NCBI RefSeq assembly: GCF_006345805.1
Contig: NC_042998.1
Span: 113,460,001-113,524,000 of the forward strand
Length of the DNA: 64,000 nucleotides
Direction: 5' to 3'
From: Octopus sinensis
Lineage: Eukaryota
The translations under genes were made by a program, and so were the position numbers. This document shows positions 1-14,500 of the stretch, one piece after another; positions within the stretch are counted from its first letter, which is position 1, and every line of letters begins with the position of its first letter. Below the pieces are notes generated by a model. That model was given only the letters and a program-made list of their open reading frames with translations. It did not search any database and had not been told where the DNA came from.

Positions 1-3000
1 TCTCGCAAGTTTACAATATAAACTAAAACAAATGAGCAACTAGTGTAAACAAATAAACTCCTACAAATGTCTGTCTCACAGAGTAAACCTTATAGTCAGA
101 TGTGTACTAAATACTAAGAAAGGATATCACATGCCAGTGAGTTGAAAACTTTCGATCAACTGAGATTATCTAAGCAATTAGTAATTTAAAACTCCATCAA
201 TGGAAAGCTGTTTAAAGATCTAAAAAACAAATATGGGAAATAAATCCAATAAGATCAGCTGATCAAAATTTTCGGCCCAGTGCTTCTGAATTGTGGTGGT
301 AGTGCTAGCTGAGAGGATTAAACGGAGTGGACAAACTGTTTAGTTAATTTCAGACGCTTTAAAGGCAAGTACTATGGCGAAGAAAAGTATGCGGATGCAA
401 ATTTTATTTTGTCTTCTCATAAACTAAGAGAGAGAAGGATTTAAAAAAAAAAAATTCAAAAAAAATCTGAGAGTCAAACTTAACAGATCCAAAATTTCAC
501 TAATATTTTTAGAGCGGGGGTGGTATTTATCAGTTTGAGAACCGTTGTTTTAGACAATACAGCTTGAAATGGCCCCGGTCTTTAAAGCCAAATAGTGGCT
601 CAACGAACGTGTTTTGGCATTACAATCCTGATATTCCACATTAACTTACCAAGTGAGTAGGTTTCACCGAGGAGGCCTGATAAGACCGAAACACATCCAG
701 TGGTTCATCGGTTACTTTTAAGACCAGATCCACTCCAATCTACTTTCTTCAGAAATTACTATAAATTGATCTTGCTGAGTGCTTTTTAATCAACATTTTA
801 AACATTTCTTGATGGAATTTTTGTTTTACTAATTACTTGGATAATTTTAGTTGATCGTATTGCATAGGTAAAGAATACGTTCACCACCTGTTTTCGGCGT
901 AACAAACATCCTAACCCTAAACACCGAGTGTACGTATTCTTTACTGTATATATATATACATACATACACACACATTAACGAGAGAACCCCTAAGTGGTCG
1001 TTCAGCTTGCTAGAAATAGCTGTCAAATCACCCACAACTCACATCCTACAATCTTAAACTAGGGAACACAGAAGCCTCTTTGTGGAGGCTCATCCTGTTA
1101 GAAATAACAGCCAAATATTCATATTAAAACCAAAATTCGGACACGTTGTACAATATAATTTTGGATGTGTATAAAAACAGAATAGCTGGAACTGCAACGT
1201 CATTGATCTTAAATCTTGAATAGAACTGACAGGAGGTTCACTCTAACGTAGATTCGCTCTAAAAAGACTATATCATCATTTTAGAAATAATACCTTTGAT
1301 CATGGGTCTGCTCGATCACAGTTGACTTGGGGCTGGCTAAACGACATTTACACCGTCAAGATGAAAGTGGCTTGGCAGTTTTTGTTTTCCGTTAGAAAAA
1401 TGAAGACCAAAAGAATACCAAAAAAAAATCTATTAGAATGGGCAATATAAGCTATGGCGTTCATCACTCCTTCAGGGATAATAGTGATGTATATTAAACG
1501 ACATAAATAACTTACAAACTAGAAGTGAAAAACTGGGCTGGTTACGAGTTGTTTATCAATGGACTAAAGGTACACACACTCGCACGTGTGTGCGCGTATA
1601 CGCTATTTCATACATTTCTTTCAAGAATCTGACTATTAAATTTGACAGTGTTGTGATTATATATTTATTATTAGACTAGTGTATTTGCAGGATTAGGTGG
1701 TATTTTATAAGCTGATTCAATTTTCAATTATAAGTAGTACCACAGGGAAGCTTGCCTCTGTGTAGTAAGCACGACGTGGTAGAAATAGTAACTAGATCTC
1801 CCTCAAATCACACCAACCGCATTGAAAAGGGAAGAATATATTGGATAATAAGTTGTCCAAGAGACGCAATAATCGAGAGAATGACGGGATAAACATTAGA
1901 TTAAAAGTTCAGTTTTCAAGAAGTGCTAATAGCAGTCTGTGACAATTTGAATGAAAGCAAGGAAAAGAAATGTTGCGTCATCACTAAATAACAAATTAGA
2001 AACAGCAGCCAAATAGCCAACTCACGTGGTTATCAAAAAGGAAAAAGCATTGAGATATGAACTCATTGATACATGCTTAAAAAAACGGGATGGTCATAGC
2101 TGGAATGCCTTTGATCAAAAAGTCACCTCGACCATGGTGATAAATAACATAAACAATCTTACTACCTATATCAATGAAATATTAGCAGAATTTCGGATTA
2201 GGAATCGCGTATTCTCCTCGAGATTTCTAATCCGAAACTCCGTCGTAATATTACTGGAAAAAAAAAGAAGAAAAGTTTTCTAGGAATACCTGATGTAAGC
2301 CCAACATCAGTAAAGTGATAGAAACAATTCGATCAAATGTACCTTCCGCTCAAATGTCAGGACTTGTGCCTATGCAAGAAATTATTATTACTTAAAAGTT
2401 ACTTTGGAGCAACAGCAACTGACTGTAATATATTTTAGCGAAGTATTTTCTGTAATTGCTTCAAAAGTCAGATCTTCTAGAAAGATCGCTGACAAAATAA
2501 AAAAAAAGCAGACGAAAAGTAATGATAGAACAGTATTAAAATGGATCTTTGGTTTAAAACAAAAATATTTTAACTTAGAAAGATATTTTATGTAGGAATC
2601 GAAATAAAATAATTATTAGAAAGATTTAAAAAAAAATGCGCTCGTATCTCTAAGGTAACGGGGGGTAAACGTATTGGAAAATATAGTTGAGTGGTGTGTG
2701 AAATATTAAAACAACATAAATGTGATGGGAGTGTTTATCTGAAAGAAACACGTTGCAAGAATCTTTGAATCCGACACTGGAATTGGCAGAGTAAATTAAC
2801 AATTTATATATATATTTATCATATCAATGATAATATTGATTATGATTACAAGAATTAAACAATCAAATAAATATACTATATATATATATGCATATAAATA
2901 TATAATCACTCACCAGGCATTGCTACCTTCTAATAATCATTTTATCTTTCTGAGTTTTCATAGTAGCATTTCATATTTCTGACTTTTTAAAAGGGGAGGG

Positions 3001-5289
3001 GACGACAGAGGAATTGTCTCTGTAACCTTTGACCTCATTATGTCATGCAAGAGGCTGTCGGGAAATAAATTCTATGTCCGTTATACTAGAGAATTGAGGG
3101 AGGGGGGAAATTTTTTTTCTTAAAATTAATAAACGAATAAATTTTTTTTCCAGTTTTATTTATCTATTTAAATTTTTTTTCATATAATATAAACATAAAA
3201 CAAAAAATAAATATCTGTTTTGAAACGTTTAGCAGTAAGTTAATTGCTCGCAGTCAATTTACGTTTTCAGTGCTCGGGAAGTGTCGTCATTTTCTAACTG
3301 CACATCCGCAATCCTGCTCTTTCTCTCTCTGACCTTCAAGTTCGTAGAGGCTACATCGTTGGCAGTCGTAAGGTTGGTTATTTTATCTCTCTCTCTCTTC
3401 CTTGCTTTCTCGTTACACTCTTCACTTTTAAATATATTTCCTTCTGTCGCATTTCATACTTGTATTTTCATTGAAGCTTCCTTCTCATCCTATCATGTTT
3501 TACAAAATCTAACCATGACAGTGATTGTGACGATCTTGTAAATTTTCACTGTCGAACCATGTGAAGGTCTGTCTAGTTTAGCGTAAGAAAGCGTCAGCCA
3601 TTGTTCGTGTCCTTCCTTCATTTATATCATTGATCAGCTTTTATCACTAGACATGCATGATTTTGGGTGTGAAAATGCACATCTTGTAAAATATAATTAT
3701 TAATACTTCCAGCCACATTGACACTTCACTAGTTTTTATTTAAAACCAATGTGTGCTTTACATTCACAAATTATCCCTGTCTCTTCATATCTCTGAGTGC
3801 TGGAACTTCATTTATAAAATTGCATACACCGCACATAAACACAAGGATTATTTAAAATATGCTTTATTTTTAAAGTTTCTGATAATAAACTAAAATTTCT
3901 ACATTTAGAAAACATCCATTTCATGTAAAAATTCTCTAATGAAATGTTACACGCAAAACATTAAAAGAAAATTTAAACGAAAGATGGCCAAATATGTTCT
4001 ATTAATGATGTTAAGTGTTTTATTTTCCTGAGCAATGTCATATATTAAATATCTTCAGAGAAACGTTTAATCTAGCCATCTAGTCTTTTTTCTTATTTGG
4101 AATTAAAAATCGCCGAACTGAAATATTCCGTGGAATAGGTGGATGGAGGAGAGAATTGGTTGAGTGTTAGATGTACTTTTAGATTGGATTTCATGATAGC
4201 ACTTTAATAAGAATGTGGAATATTTCATGGTGAAAGATACAGGTTTCTGCACACATACATAACACGCATGTATTATATATTAGCACACGTGTATGTACAT
4301 ATTAACATATACATAACATTAACACACATTCATTCGTACATAGCATTAAAACATAGAACCTATGCATCAACATGCATGCATATTATTCTGTATTTTCTAC
4401 TTTAGAAATTCAGAGCTATATATATATATATATATATGACAAAAGGCATTTTTAAAATGTTAAAAAATTTTTTTTTTAGCTCGGTCGAATCCTCTAAGTT
4501 TGTTCTAAGTCGGTATTGAACTGAGAGTTATGAAATGCATTCTAGCCATCATCACAATCCCAGACTTTATTCAGGATATACATATCCTGGAACGTTACTC
4601 AATGTGTCCTTCATTAAGAGGTGAAGATATGACTTGAAGGATATTTGACTGTTATTCCTAGCACCTCGTTCGACGACATAGAGGCTTCCCCCATTGGCTC
4701 GTTCATATAGCAGATATGCTCTTACTCTATTTATATATTGTCTGATTTAACTATATACGCGTGTCTGTATGTGAATATATATATATAAATATATACTAAA
4801 AAAAAATCTGTACAAAAATCTGTCAGTGCTCTTGGGTTGTCTTATGCCTGTTACTCCTTGTCTCAAGGACACATCGGACACAGTTTTTGAAGCACCATGC
4901 ATACCTTGAATCTCTCTTTCACTCCTTCATTTCCCATAAATCTCTTCCACGTTGGGGCTTTACACTTTCTACTAACTATTCTTCTGTTTACCAGCCCCTT
5001 TTATGATGAATGCGGGGTATAAAAGGTTTTAAGAAGTCTACCGACACTATTCAGTGTGAAATTGGAGATGCATTTGAAACAACCTTTGTTGGTTCTTATA
5101 TAATCATTTTAATATGTCGTTATTTTTAAAGACCTTTGATTAAAATCGATATTTCTGACTACAGAGGTTATTCTTTAAGGTGATTCAAAACACAGCTAAT
5201 ATCTAAATTTACCTCATTGAACATTGTTTGGAATATAAATTGATTGGTAGGCAAGAGGTCACTCCTTCCCTTTCGTTTATAGTTTTTTG

Positions 5290-5480
5290 TTTAACCCGAG
5301 GTCGACACTAATCAAATCTTTGATCAAGGGTGTGTCAGTTGTGACCATCTCGTCGTTTTGTGTCTCCAGGACTGCATTGCCGAGTGCATCCTTTCTCTTT
5401 TTGGACGGTAGAATGTGTGATTTGAGAGAAATTGGCTGCGGTTTCGAGCAGGTCGAACGATCGGCAATGTGGATGCTCCC
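5290..5480 (+). promoter_or_regulatory. Candidate VDAC promoter / non-coding first exon
   Basis: CpG-retaining, GC-richer patch about 3 kb upstream of the ATG; Inr-like TCAGTT at 5335-5340; possible donor ACG|gtagaa at 5407/5408. Inference only. Confidence 0.3.
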
Positions 5481-8329
5481 TCGTTGATTCCCTTATATAA
5501 GACGATATTCTTTCGTCTAGAACAGTTTTTCAGGATATAGGAAAGGTTATATTTTTGGAATGTAGGAATAGGCTTGGTTGTAAAACCCGGAATTTTTCAT
5601 TTTCATTCAATGAGGCCATTAGAAGAACCAAAAATATCGGTACATTTATATTTTTCCAGCTAGTGCAGTAATCAATAACTGCCAACTCGGTATTAATTTG
5701 TATTAATCTCTCTTAATGTATGGAAATGTAAAACTGTCGTTGGCTGGGTTTTAAAAAGATTTCGTTTCATATTGTTTCATTTTCCGAGATCCGTTTTTCT
5801 GCTTTGCCGTGACCTGAAGGTAAAACTAAGCACTTAAATGTGGGTTACTAATAGGTTTTGAATGCCTGTTTCTTAGTAAGCTGTTGTGCCCTTGGTTTGT
5901 ATGAGAGAGCAGCTGAGGTTAGAAATAGCTGCTTCTGTAGTTGCACGTGCAGGTACCAACTTTAGCGTTTTGACCTTTATTAATATGTTGCATGTTAAGA
6001 TATTGATGCTAGATGAAATAATGGCTGTTGAGTTTGTTACTACTGGTGGTGATGGAAGTGGGGCAGGAAGTCTTCGAAACTGACGACACTAAATGAAAGA
6101 ACAATCTTACAATTCTACTACTCCTCCTATACATTTAGTTTGCTTATTGGTTATTGTACCAGCCATCAACTCCTGTGTTCACTCTACTGAACGTGGTCAT
6201 TATATTTAATTATCCTTCAACATAATTCTAGGATTTAAATGTGTATATTTATTACCTGACCTACTGCGTTTGTTGTCTCATTTGACCTTTTTGTTCGGTG
6301 AAAGCAACACCTTTTACAGAAGGTTATGTCTACACCATTGACTTAGGAAATAAAGAAGGCTTCACTGGGACGACAGCAGTTTTAAGGTCACACGTTTCAT
6401 TTTCACCTCCGGTTCGTAGAAGTTTAAATAATCGGATTCGGCCAACGTAACTCAGCATTTTGAGTAATTGATTTAAGAAGCAAAAATTTTTCCAGTCATT
6501 CTTTTGGATTCTAAAGAATGTTCCCGAAATGTCAAATATAGTGACTTTTTTAAAATCCTATTTTTTAAAATTTATTAATTACTGAATTGTTAAGTTTAAT
6601 ATATCTCAACTATTATTATGTCGTGATTTGTTTATTTTTGAAGTAACATAAAAGAATTATTCTTATCAAGTGATGTTTCTTGAAATTCTGTGTTGTACTA
6701 ATTCCATTCTAGGTCACTTTTATAATTTTAATATCATTATCATAAATAAGAGGTTGACGAATCAAAACACCATTTCGAGTAGATTTAATCTAGTTTTTTA
6801 AAAAGTAGACGAAAGGAAATCTTATGTTCGTCAAATGCTTTCAATGTCAGTGGTAATATATAGTCCTCTTATTCTGGAAAATTATGGATGTACATACAAA
6901 ATGGCTAATTTTATGTTTATGAATATTAAAATACTGAAATTTCATCTGAAAGACAAAAGGGAGCCTCTACGTGATCGATCGACCCGCTGAAAAATAGCAG
7001 CCAAATCTCTATAAATGAATATATTGCTATCTTGAAAATGGAAGGATACAATAGATGTGTAGTCTTAGGAAAATGGTTATGACTGGAGCAATTTGCATCA
7101 GATCTGATGGATCAGAGCTCATTTGGGTCTGAGTAACAACCTCTTAATGTGCTAACTAGTGTTTTAAGTCCTTGAATTAATACTCCTTGTCACCTTTTTT
7201 TAAAAAAAAAACGTTTTCCTTTGCAAAGAATGAAGTTAGCATTTAAATAATTTAGATGCCAAATCATTTATGCTCATATATTGGCACTGATTTTGATTGG
7301 ATTTTTTCTATTACTTCAATAACTCTTTTATTCTTGATTAAAATATTTTTAGTAAACTATTCTATTGGAGATGTGATTTGTTACCAACATTATTTCAGTT
7401 TTTTGTTACATGTTGTTGCTTAAAAATATCCTTGTTCAAATTTATAGTTTAATATTGATTCCAGAAAGATAAAAACAAATATAGATTTAGATCTAGATTT
7501 CTGAAAGCTAGTCATATTAATACTAGGTTACATATAACCCTGTCAGATCTAAATCATTGGTATTATGCCAGCTTTGTATGCTGCAGCTCTTCTGAATCTT
7601 GCAATATTACACAGAACATTATATATCTATAGTTTTCATTCAGAGACTAGCTAATGTGCTCTTTATGAAATAACTATTCTCACTATTTGCATGATCATTA
7701 TTACCTTTAATTAATTGCTTATTTTATTGGTTTTTAGATTAACATACACTTAATTTTCATTTCTTATCCTAGTCTGATGCTGCTACCATTGATTATATAT
7801 AATCTGTTTACAAGTACTCTTTTTTACAAGACAATTTACTGTTTTTTGTTTTAATATTTCAACTTTAAAAAACTATTTAGCTCTTGACTAGAACTTTGAA
7901 ACCTGATAGGTGATCCTTAATGATGATTATTGTTGTCATATAATGGTATAAGCTCCATAAAGTCATAAAATATACATTTTTTATTGCCTGTGTAGTATGT
8001 GATCTACATGTTTCTAGTATAACTCGTGATCCACATTAGTTCAAATGGTATTGTTTGTGATCTACACCAACTTTTTATCTACATTTAAAATTCATCTGTT
8101 TACTTGACTTCCGGTTAGTTTGGTATATGAACCAAAAAAACCTTATGATTTAAACACTTTTAGTCCTGAGACCATTGTATACAAATAGTATTCATATTTC
8201 TAGTGTAAAATAAAAATCAATAAAAATATTTTTTTTAAATGTTTAACTCACTCCTAATTATAATTGTAAATTTATAACAAAATTTTGAAAGTAGATCACA
8301 AGCATTAATCTAGATTTAAGTTTCTGTAG

Positions 8330-8385
8330 ATCACAATGGCATGTAGATTACATACAGCACCCACTTTCTTCTTTGAAAGAAAAAG
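8330..8385 (+). other. Candidate alternative 5' UTR exon of VDAC containing a uORF start
   Basis: Acceptor tttctgtag| at 8329, consensus donor AAG|GTGAGT at 8385/8386, 131-nt intron to the 8517 acceptor, ATG at 8336. Confidence 0.4.
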
Positions 8386-8535
8386 GTGAGTCCTTTTCAC
8401 ATACTTCCTGTAAGAACTTTTTGTATTAGTATCACAAAAATTTTGTCCTCTTGGAAGTTATGTTAGCTTTTTGGATTTGAAACATTGATTAAAATGCAAT
8501 ATGTTTTGTTTTTCAGAAGCTACTAATTTTCTATC

Positions 8536-8599
8536 ATGGCACCTCCATCATATGCTGACCTTGGCAAAAGTTCAAGGGATCTTTTTTCCAAAGGATATA
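8536..8599 (+). CDS. VDAC: VDAC coding exon 1
   Basis: Acceptor tttcag at 8516 (exon starts 8517), ATG 8536, [21 protein letters not shown], donor A|gtaagt. Confidence 0.97.
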
Positions 8600-11500
8600 G
8601 TAAGTAGTTTTTAGGGATTATAATTTTTTTTGTCTTGAAGCTGTTAAAATATTTCTCTGTAAACGTGAATTTAATGGTGGCAAAAAGTTTTTTTTTTTTT
8701 AAATTTGAAAATTTTCTTGTATAAGAAATTGTTTGAATAATTGTTTAATAGGAGTGGAGGTGAATTTATTAATCTGGATTAAGGGAAGCATGATTATCTT
8801 GCCTCATTTCTCTAAAGTACAAAAGAAAGTTATAATCATGATCAACAGGTGTTATTTTTTAATATTAAAATTAGTGAAATAAATTATTAATGAGAAGATA
8901 GTGGTTTTCTTTGAACATATAATTTGATATTGCAAACAAATGTTATCTCTATGGTTCATGTGTGTTTATTTGCACATTAGTATTCAGTCAGCACAACTTT
9001 ATTTGCTTCTGAATTTACCAGCTTGTAGATCCAACAACCATGTATATATAAACAAAGCATTAACAAAATGTTGCTTTTGTTTTCATTGACATTGAAAACT
9101 TTTATAAGAGAAAGGTACAACTTTTTGACCTTCATTATTTAATAGGTATTTCTCTGTAGTTGAAGAACCCCTTTTAAGATGAGAATTATTTGGTTGTAAA
9201 TGAGTTTTTTTCCAAGAAGTATTAGTTTGCCAACAGTAAAATTGGTGTATTCGTTAGTGTACAGATTATTAATACTTAGAAACATCAGGCCAGGAGTAAG
9301 CAGAAATAGCATCATGTATTAGGCTTTAAATATTCTTTTCTCATTTCAAGTTCATATTTCATCGCAGTTGACTGATCTGGATTGCGAAATATAAGCTACA
9401 TAAATTATTTTGAAATAATTTATCATATAGAAGACAGTTCCACTCTAGTTACTTAGTAATATTCTAGTTTGAAGTTAAATTTATTTCAATTTTAAAATTT
9501 CTATTTTATTTACTTTTGTATAAAAATGTTTTATAAATTTATGTAGTTTAATATTTTCATAGCTGGCACTATTTAAATTTTTATCATGCCCAGTTTTCCA
9601 TGCTTGTATGGTTGAATGGAACTTGAGGTGGATTTTCTACAACTGAATTCCCTTCCTGCCGTCAGTCCTAACTTATTAGCAAGCAAGATATTTCCCCATG
9701 ACCAGGCACGTTTCCATGGAAGATTGGAGATAGACATTGCCTGCATCCTGGTGACACTTGTTTACAACTATCACATGATGTCAAAGCAAGGAGACAATAA
9801 CACACACACACACACACACACTTCAATTTTTATTTTCCAAATCCACTTGAAGGCTTCGGTTTGCCTGGGGCTATAGTAGACACTTGCTCAAAGTACCATA
9901 CAGTGAAACTGAATCCAAAACCATGTGGTTGGAAAGCAGACTTCTTACTACAGAGCCATATCTGTATCTAACCAGTATTTAAAATTAAATGCCAGTTTTA
10001 ATTGTAGACTTTAGCATGGAAAGCGGACATTAGATCATGACAAATTAAAGCATTTTAATTAATACACAAAAATCTTAGGGGACCAAATCATAAAAGATAT
10101 AAGAATATTACATATCAGCTTTTGAAGTATGAGATATGCTGTTGAATCTTGGTGTGCTATAATTTATGATAATGATTGGACATGTTAAAAGTTGGTGTTT
10201 TAGGATATCACTTGTAAAAACTTAATCTTTTTATGGTTTATATATTTACATCTGTTAAAGCCAATTGTTTCTAATCTTCCTATATCTAATAAGGATGTTC
10301 CTATGTCTTAAAGTATTCAATGGTCATAGAAGACCTTGCTAGTTGATAGCTAACTGCTTACTTCACTTCAGTGTTCTTTAGTTTTTGCATATAGTTGTTT
10401 GCAAATTGTTTCACAACTGCAGGCACAAAGTTTGTGAGGTTAAGATGCTGATCTACTGACATAGAGGTTCATGTTATACTTCAAGCTTTTAATTCATTGT
10501 TGTGGACCTTAAACTGTAAAAAATATTGCTTCAATTGGTAAACCATTCCGTCCTGAAAAGTTAATACAACAGTAAGCCTTTAATAATCTGGAACTTTAAA
10601 GAAAATGTTTTATTTCTTTATTTTTTGATCAGTTTTACATTTAAGAAATTTGTTTGATATTGTTAATTCACATCTAGGAGCACTGTTTGTTTATATCAAG
10701 ATTTAATGTAATTTAACAATTGCATTTGTTTTTATTTCAGATTATGGATTTTTTAAATTGGAATGCAAAACAAAAACATCAAAAGGAGTGTCCCTTACGA
10801 CTAGTGGAAATTCTAACAGTGAATCAGGGAAAGTTAATGGTAGTCTAGAGACCAAATACAAATGGGAGGAGTATGGTTAGTATATTTGTCTGTCTTTTTC
10901 TTTATGGATTTCTAGTTCAAATCCTGCCCAGGTTGATTTTATACTTCCAAGTTCAATAAAACGATTTCAAGTGAAGTAGTGAAGTAAACCTTATCAGCTG
11001 TATGCTTCCTCTTAAATTTGTTACTTTGTAGCAAAAATCATTATTGAAAGTAAATTAATCTACAGATATTGAGTAAACTAATATTTTAGACAATATTTTA
11101 CTATTGTAAGAGAGTTAGCATGCACTAAATGTCATCCAGTATTTAAATACATCTCTTGAAATGCAGGGATTAATTTTACTAGTGTTAACATTTTTCTCCC
11201 TTCCTGTGTGAAAAAATTGTTGAAAAAAAAAAATTTCTCAGTAGAAATAGATGGCTTGCAGGGGAATCATATGTATATATTAAATAAAATTTCAACTGAT
11301 GCCTCTAAAACCTTTTAGATTCAGCATTCCAAGGTTCTATTAAAAGCTATGAATTTTAGTCTTTTTTTTTTTAGTTTTAAGTTCAATGTTGTATTTTGTT
11401 CTTTATGTTTCACTAAAGTATTTGCTCATTCAAGGATTAAGTGTAAAGATTTTATTAACTGGGATGAATTTCTTTGAAAACTTGGAAATTTTTATGTTTT

Positions 11501-14500
11501 CAGAAATTTTGAAATACATATTAATTAAAAAGGGTGCTTATTTGCTATTCTTGTTTAGGTATGACATTTTCTGAAAAATGGAACACTGACAACATCTTGG
11601 CTACAGAAATCACTGTTGAAGACCAAATTGCTAAGGGATTAAAAGTTTCCTTTGATACATCATTTGCTCCTCAGACTGGGTATGTACTTTTATTTTGAGA
11701 TAAATTTGGTTAGATATTTATGTAATCACCAGTCACTGTTCAGTAAACTCCTTCATGCAAATATCAGTGATATACAACCTAGTCTCATCCCAGACTTGCA
11801 GTTATGAGTAGAAGCCTTGCAAAGTTTCTGCAGTGGGATAAGACATTAACAATGCCAAGAGTCTATATCAAGAAAGCAGTCTTGCAACACTACACCTTCC
11901 TTACTCAAGAGCAATATACTTAAAATTAAGGTACCCACTCTTGTGTGAAAACTGCTTCAAAAAGGTTAAACTTTTCTTTACAATCAGAAATATGAAAACC
12001 TAATCAATACCCGACCCTCTACAATATCATGTAAGAACCATATTCAAGTAATATATAAGTGTGGCTGATCAAACTGAAAACCATGTCCCCAGGTATTATA
12101 CACTAACATGCTTGCCCACTGACATCGCCCTTTCTTCTAGCTTCTGCTCCAATAAACCAGCATCTGTGCACTGCTTCCATCCCAATTGCACTTGATACAC
12201 TTCAAACAATTCTTCCCTAATTTTTTTTCTCCAGAACTGCAATCTTTTGGAACTTTCTTTCTACCCATATGTTCCCTACACAAATAGATCCTCTGTATGT
12301 ACTGCGTTGACCTCATTAGTTTGGGAGGGGCTTACAGAAGTTCTGGGCATTACAATTCCCTCTTCCATTTCAATTTAAATATTAAAGAATATTTGAACAG
12401 CCTATCTAATTTGTTACATTCAACCTTCATTTACTTGTATCAATCTATTCCTTATTTGGTCTAGTGGTCAGGTTGTTGGGCACATAATTATGAAGTGAGT
12501 TTGATTCCTGGACCAGACAGCAGTGCATTGTATTCTTGAGCAAGACTCGTTTGTGTTACTCTGGTGTACTCAGCTGAAATCTTTACCAGCTGAGTACTGA
12601 TGCAGCCTGCTCTTTCTCCAGCTGTCATATTTTAGATGGCTCTGCTGAGTCAATGGTGGGAGAACTGATTGTGTGTCTGTCTGCTCATGACAACATAGGT
12701 ACACCTAAAGTTATTAGTGAAAGCATGGTGCTTGCTATTAAGTCATACTCCTTGAAAGTGACAGCTGTTTTTTGTTTTTTAGGTTTACTCTTTAATAGGT
12801 TTTGCATTTCAGCAAAGTGACAAACACTTTTTTCTATCCATTATTATGTTTTGAATAACCCACAAATGGAATATACAAGATATATCATCAATCCTATTGG
12901 GAAAATTTATTCTAAAATGTTTAATTTATTAAAGTTGCTCAGTATAATGTGTTGTCACTTACATATGTTGAATTGAAAATTTGCTGTAGAATAAAGTCAT
13001 GTAATATATTTAGAATATATATCTTTTAATGTGTTAGGGCATTATATCAGGAAATATAGCTGTTACATTAGTTATGTATATGTCATATATTTAGAATTTA
13101 TATATCCTTTAATGTATTAGGGCATTTGTCAGGAAATATATAGCTGTTACATTAGTAACATTGATGCTCTTTGAGATATGGTTTAATGTATGTTATTGGT
13201 AGTCTACTATAGATAAATTAGGTTCTTGGGATTTTGTTTATACCTAACTATTGTTGTAACCTAAGAATATTTAAATATCTGTTTATATACTGTATAAAGA
13301 TAAAATTAAACAAAAAATATGAAATGAGTAATATTAGAATTTTGTATAAACAATGAAAATGGATTAAATGTTTGCAATTTCTTTTTTTATTTTCAGTAAA
13401 AGAAGCGGTAAAATCAAAACTGGTTATAAAAATGATTATATCAATGGTGGTGTGGATGTTGACTTCGAATTTGCAGGACCTACAGTCCATGGTGCTTTAG
13501 TACTAGGGTAATTAAATATTTAATCTGTCTTCTCTGTATTTAAATATATTTTCATGTGCCATTTGAACCATTCCAGTTAGGCATTCACTATTGTTACATC
13601 ATCCAGCTTATCTTAGAAGATTTTAAAAGCTTGTGGACACTATCCTACTTTTTACTTTTTGTGCTAATAAAACAAACCTAAATCAAAAAGTAAACCATAA
13701 AAATTTGATATCTGATTCGAAGGTTTGTTTTATTAGCACTTAATGAATCTATAATCTTCTTAATGTATTTGTGACTGTTTATTTATTTTCAGAATTCACT
13801 ACCTGTGGATTAATTTTCAGAATTACCATATTCAAAGTTGAGGAAATCACTGTCATTATCATTTAATGTCCATGTTTCATGCCCGCATGCATTGGATACT
13901 TTGATGGGCTCTTATGAATCTTAGGACTGTGATCCAGTGCCTGTTTGGCATGGTTTCTACAGCTTTGATGCCTTTTCTAATCCTCATCACTTAAGTGTGT
14001 ACTCCGTGCCTTTTTATTTTTTTTGTGCCACTGGCATTCATGAGGTAGCCATGTAGCTTGTATGACTACAAACATCAAAAGGGGAGGGGAAACTTAGGAG
14101 AATGAGTAGAGGTGAGTAAAGTATGAGAGAAAAGGAACAGAGCAGGGCTCATGTTGAAGAGGAGCTATATGATTATTCTTGTGGCAAAGGTGGGGTGTGG
14201 AGCTGGAGTGATATAAATAATGAGCAGGGGAAAGTAATAAAGATCTTCTGTAAACCCAAATTCATGTGCAAATGGCATAGTATATAGTCTTTTAGTGAAA
14301 TCATTGTCACTAATGCAGTAATAAAATTTAAATATCTTTGCTTTTGAATATGAATAAACTTGGGCAGTCTCAAGTGCTTAGGCATCAAGGTAATGAGTTG
14401 ACTACACTTTGTATAATGGAAAATTAGCTTCATATGTAGTCAAAAAAAAAAATTTATTAAGTTATAAAGCCACTTTTTAGTATTTAGATGAAGTATGCTT

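Noticed and set aside
5018-5025. Perfect TATAAAAG as the VDAC TATA box
   Set aside because: About 310 bp from the Inr-like site instead of about 30, and expected by chance in AT-rich DNA.
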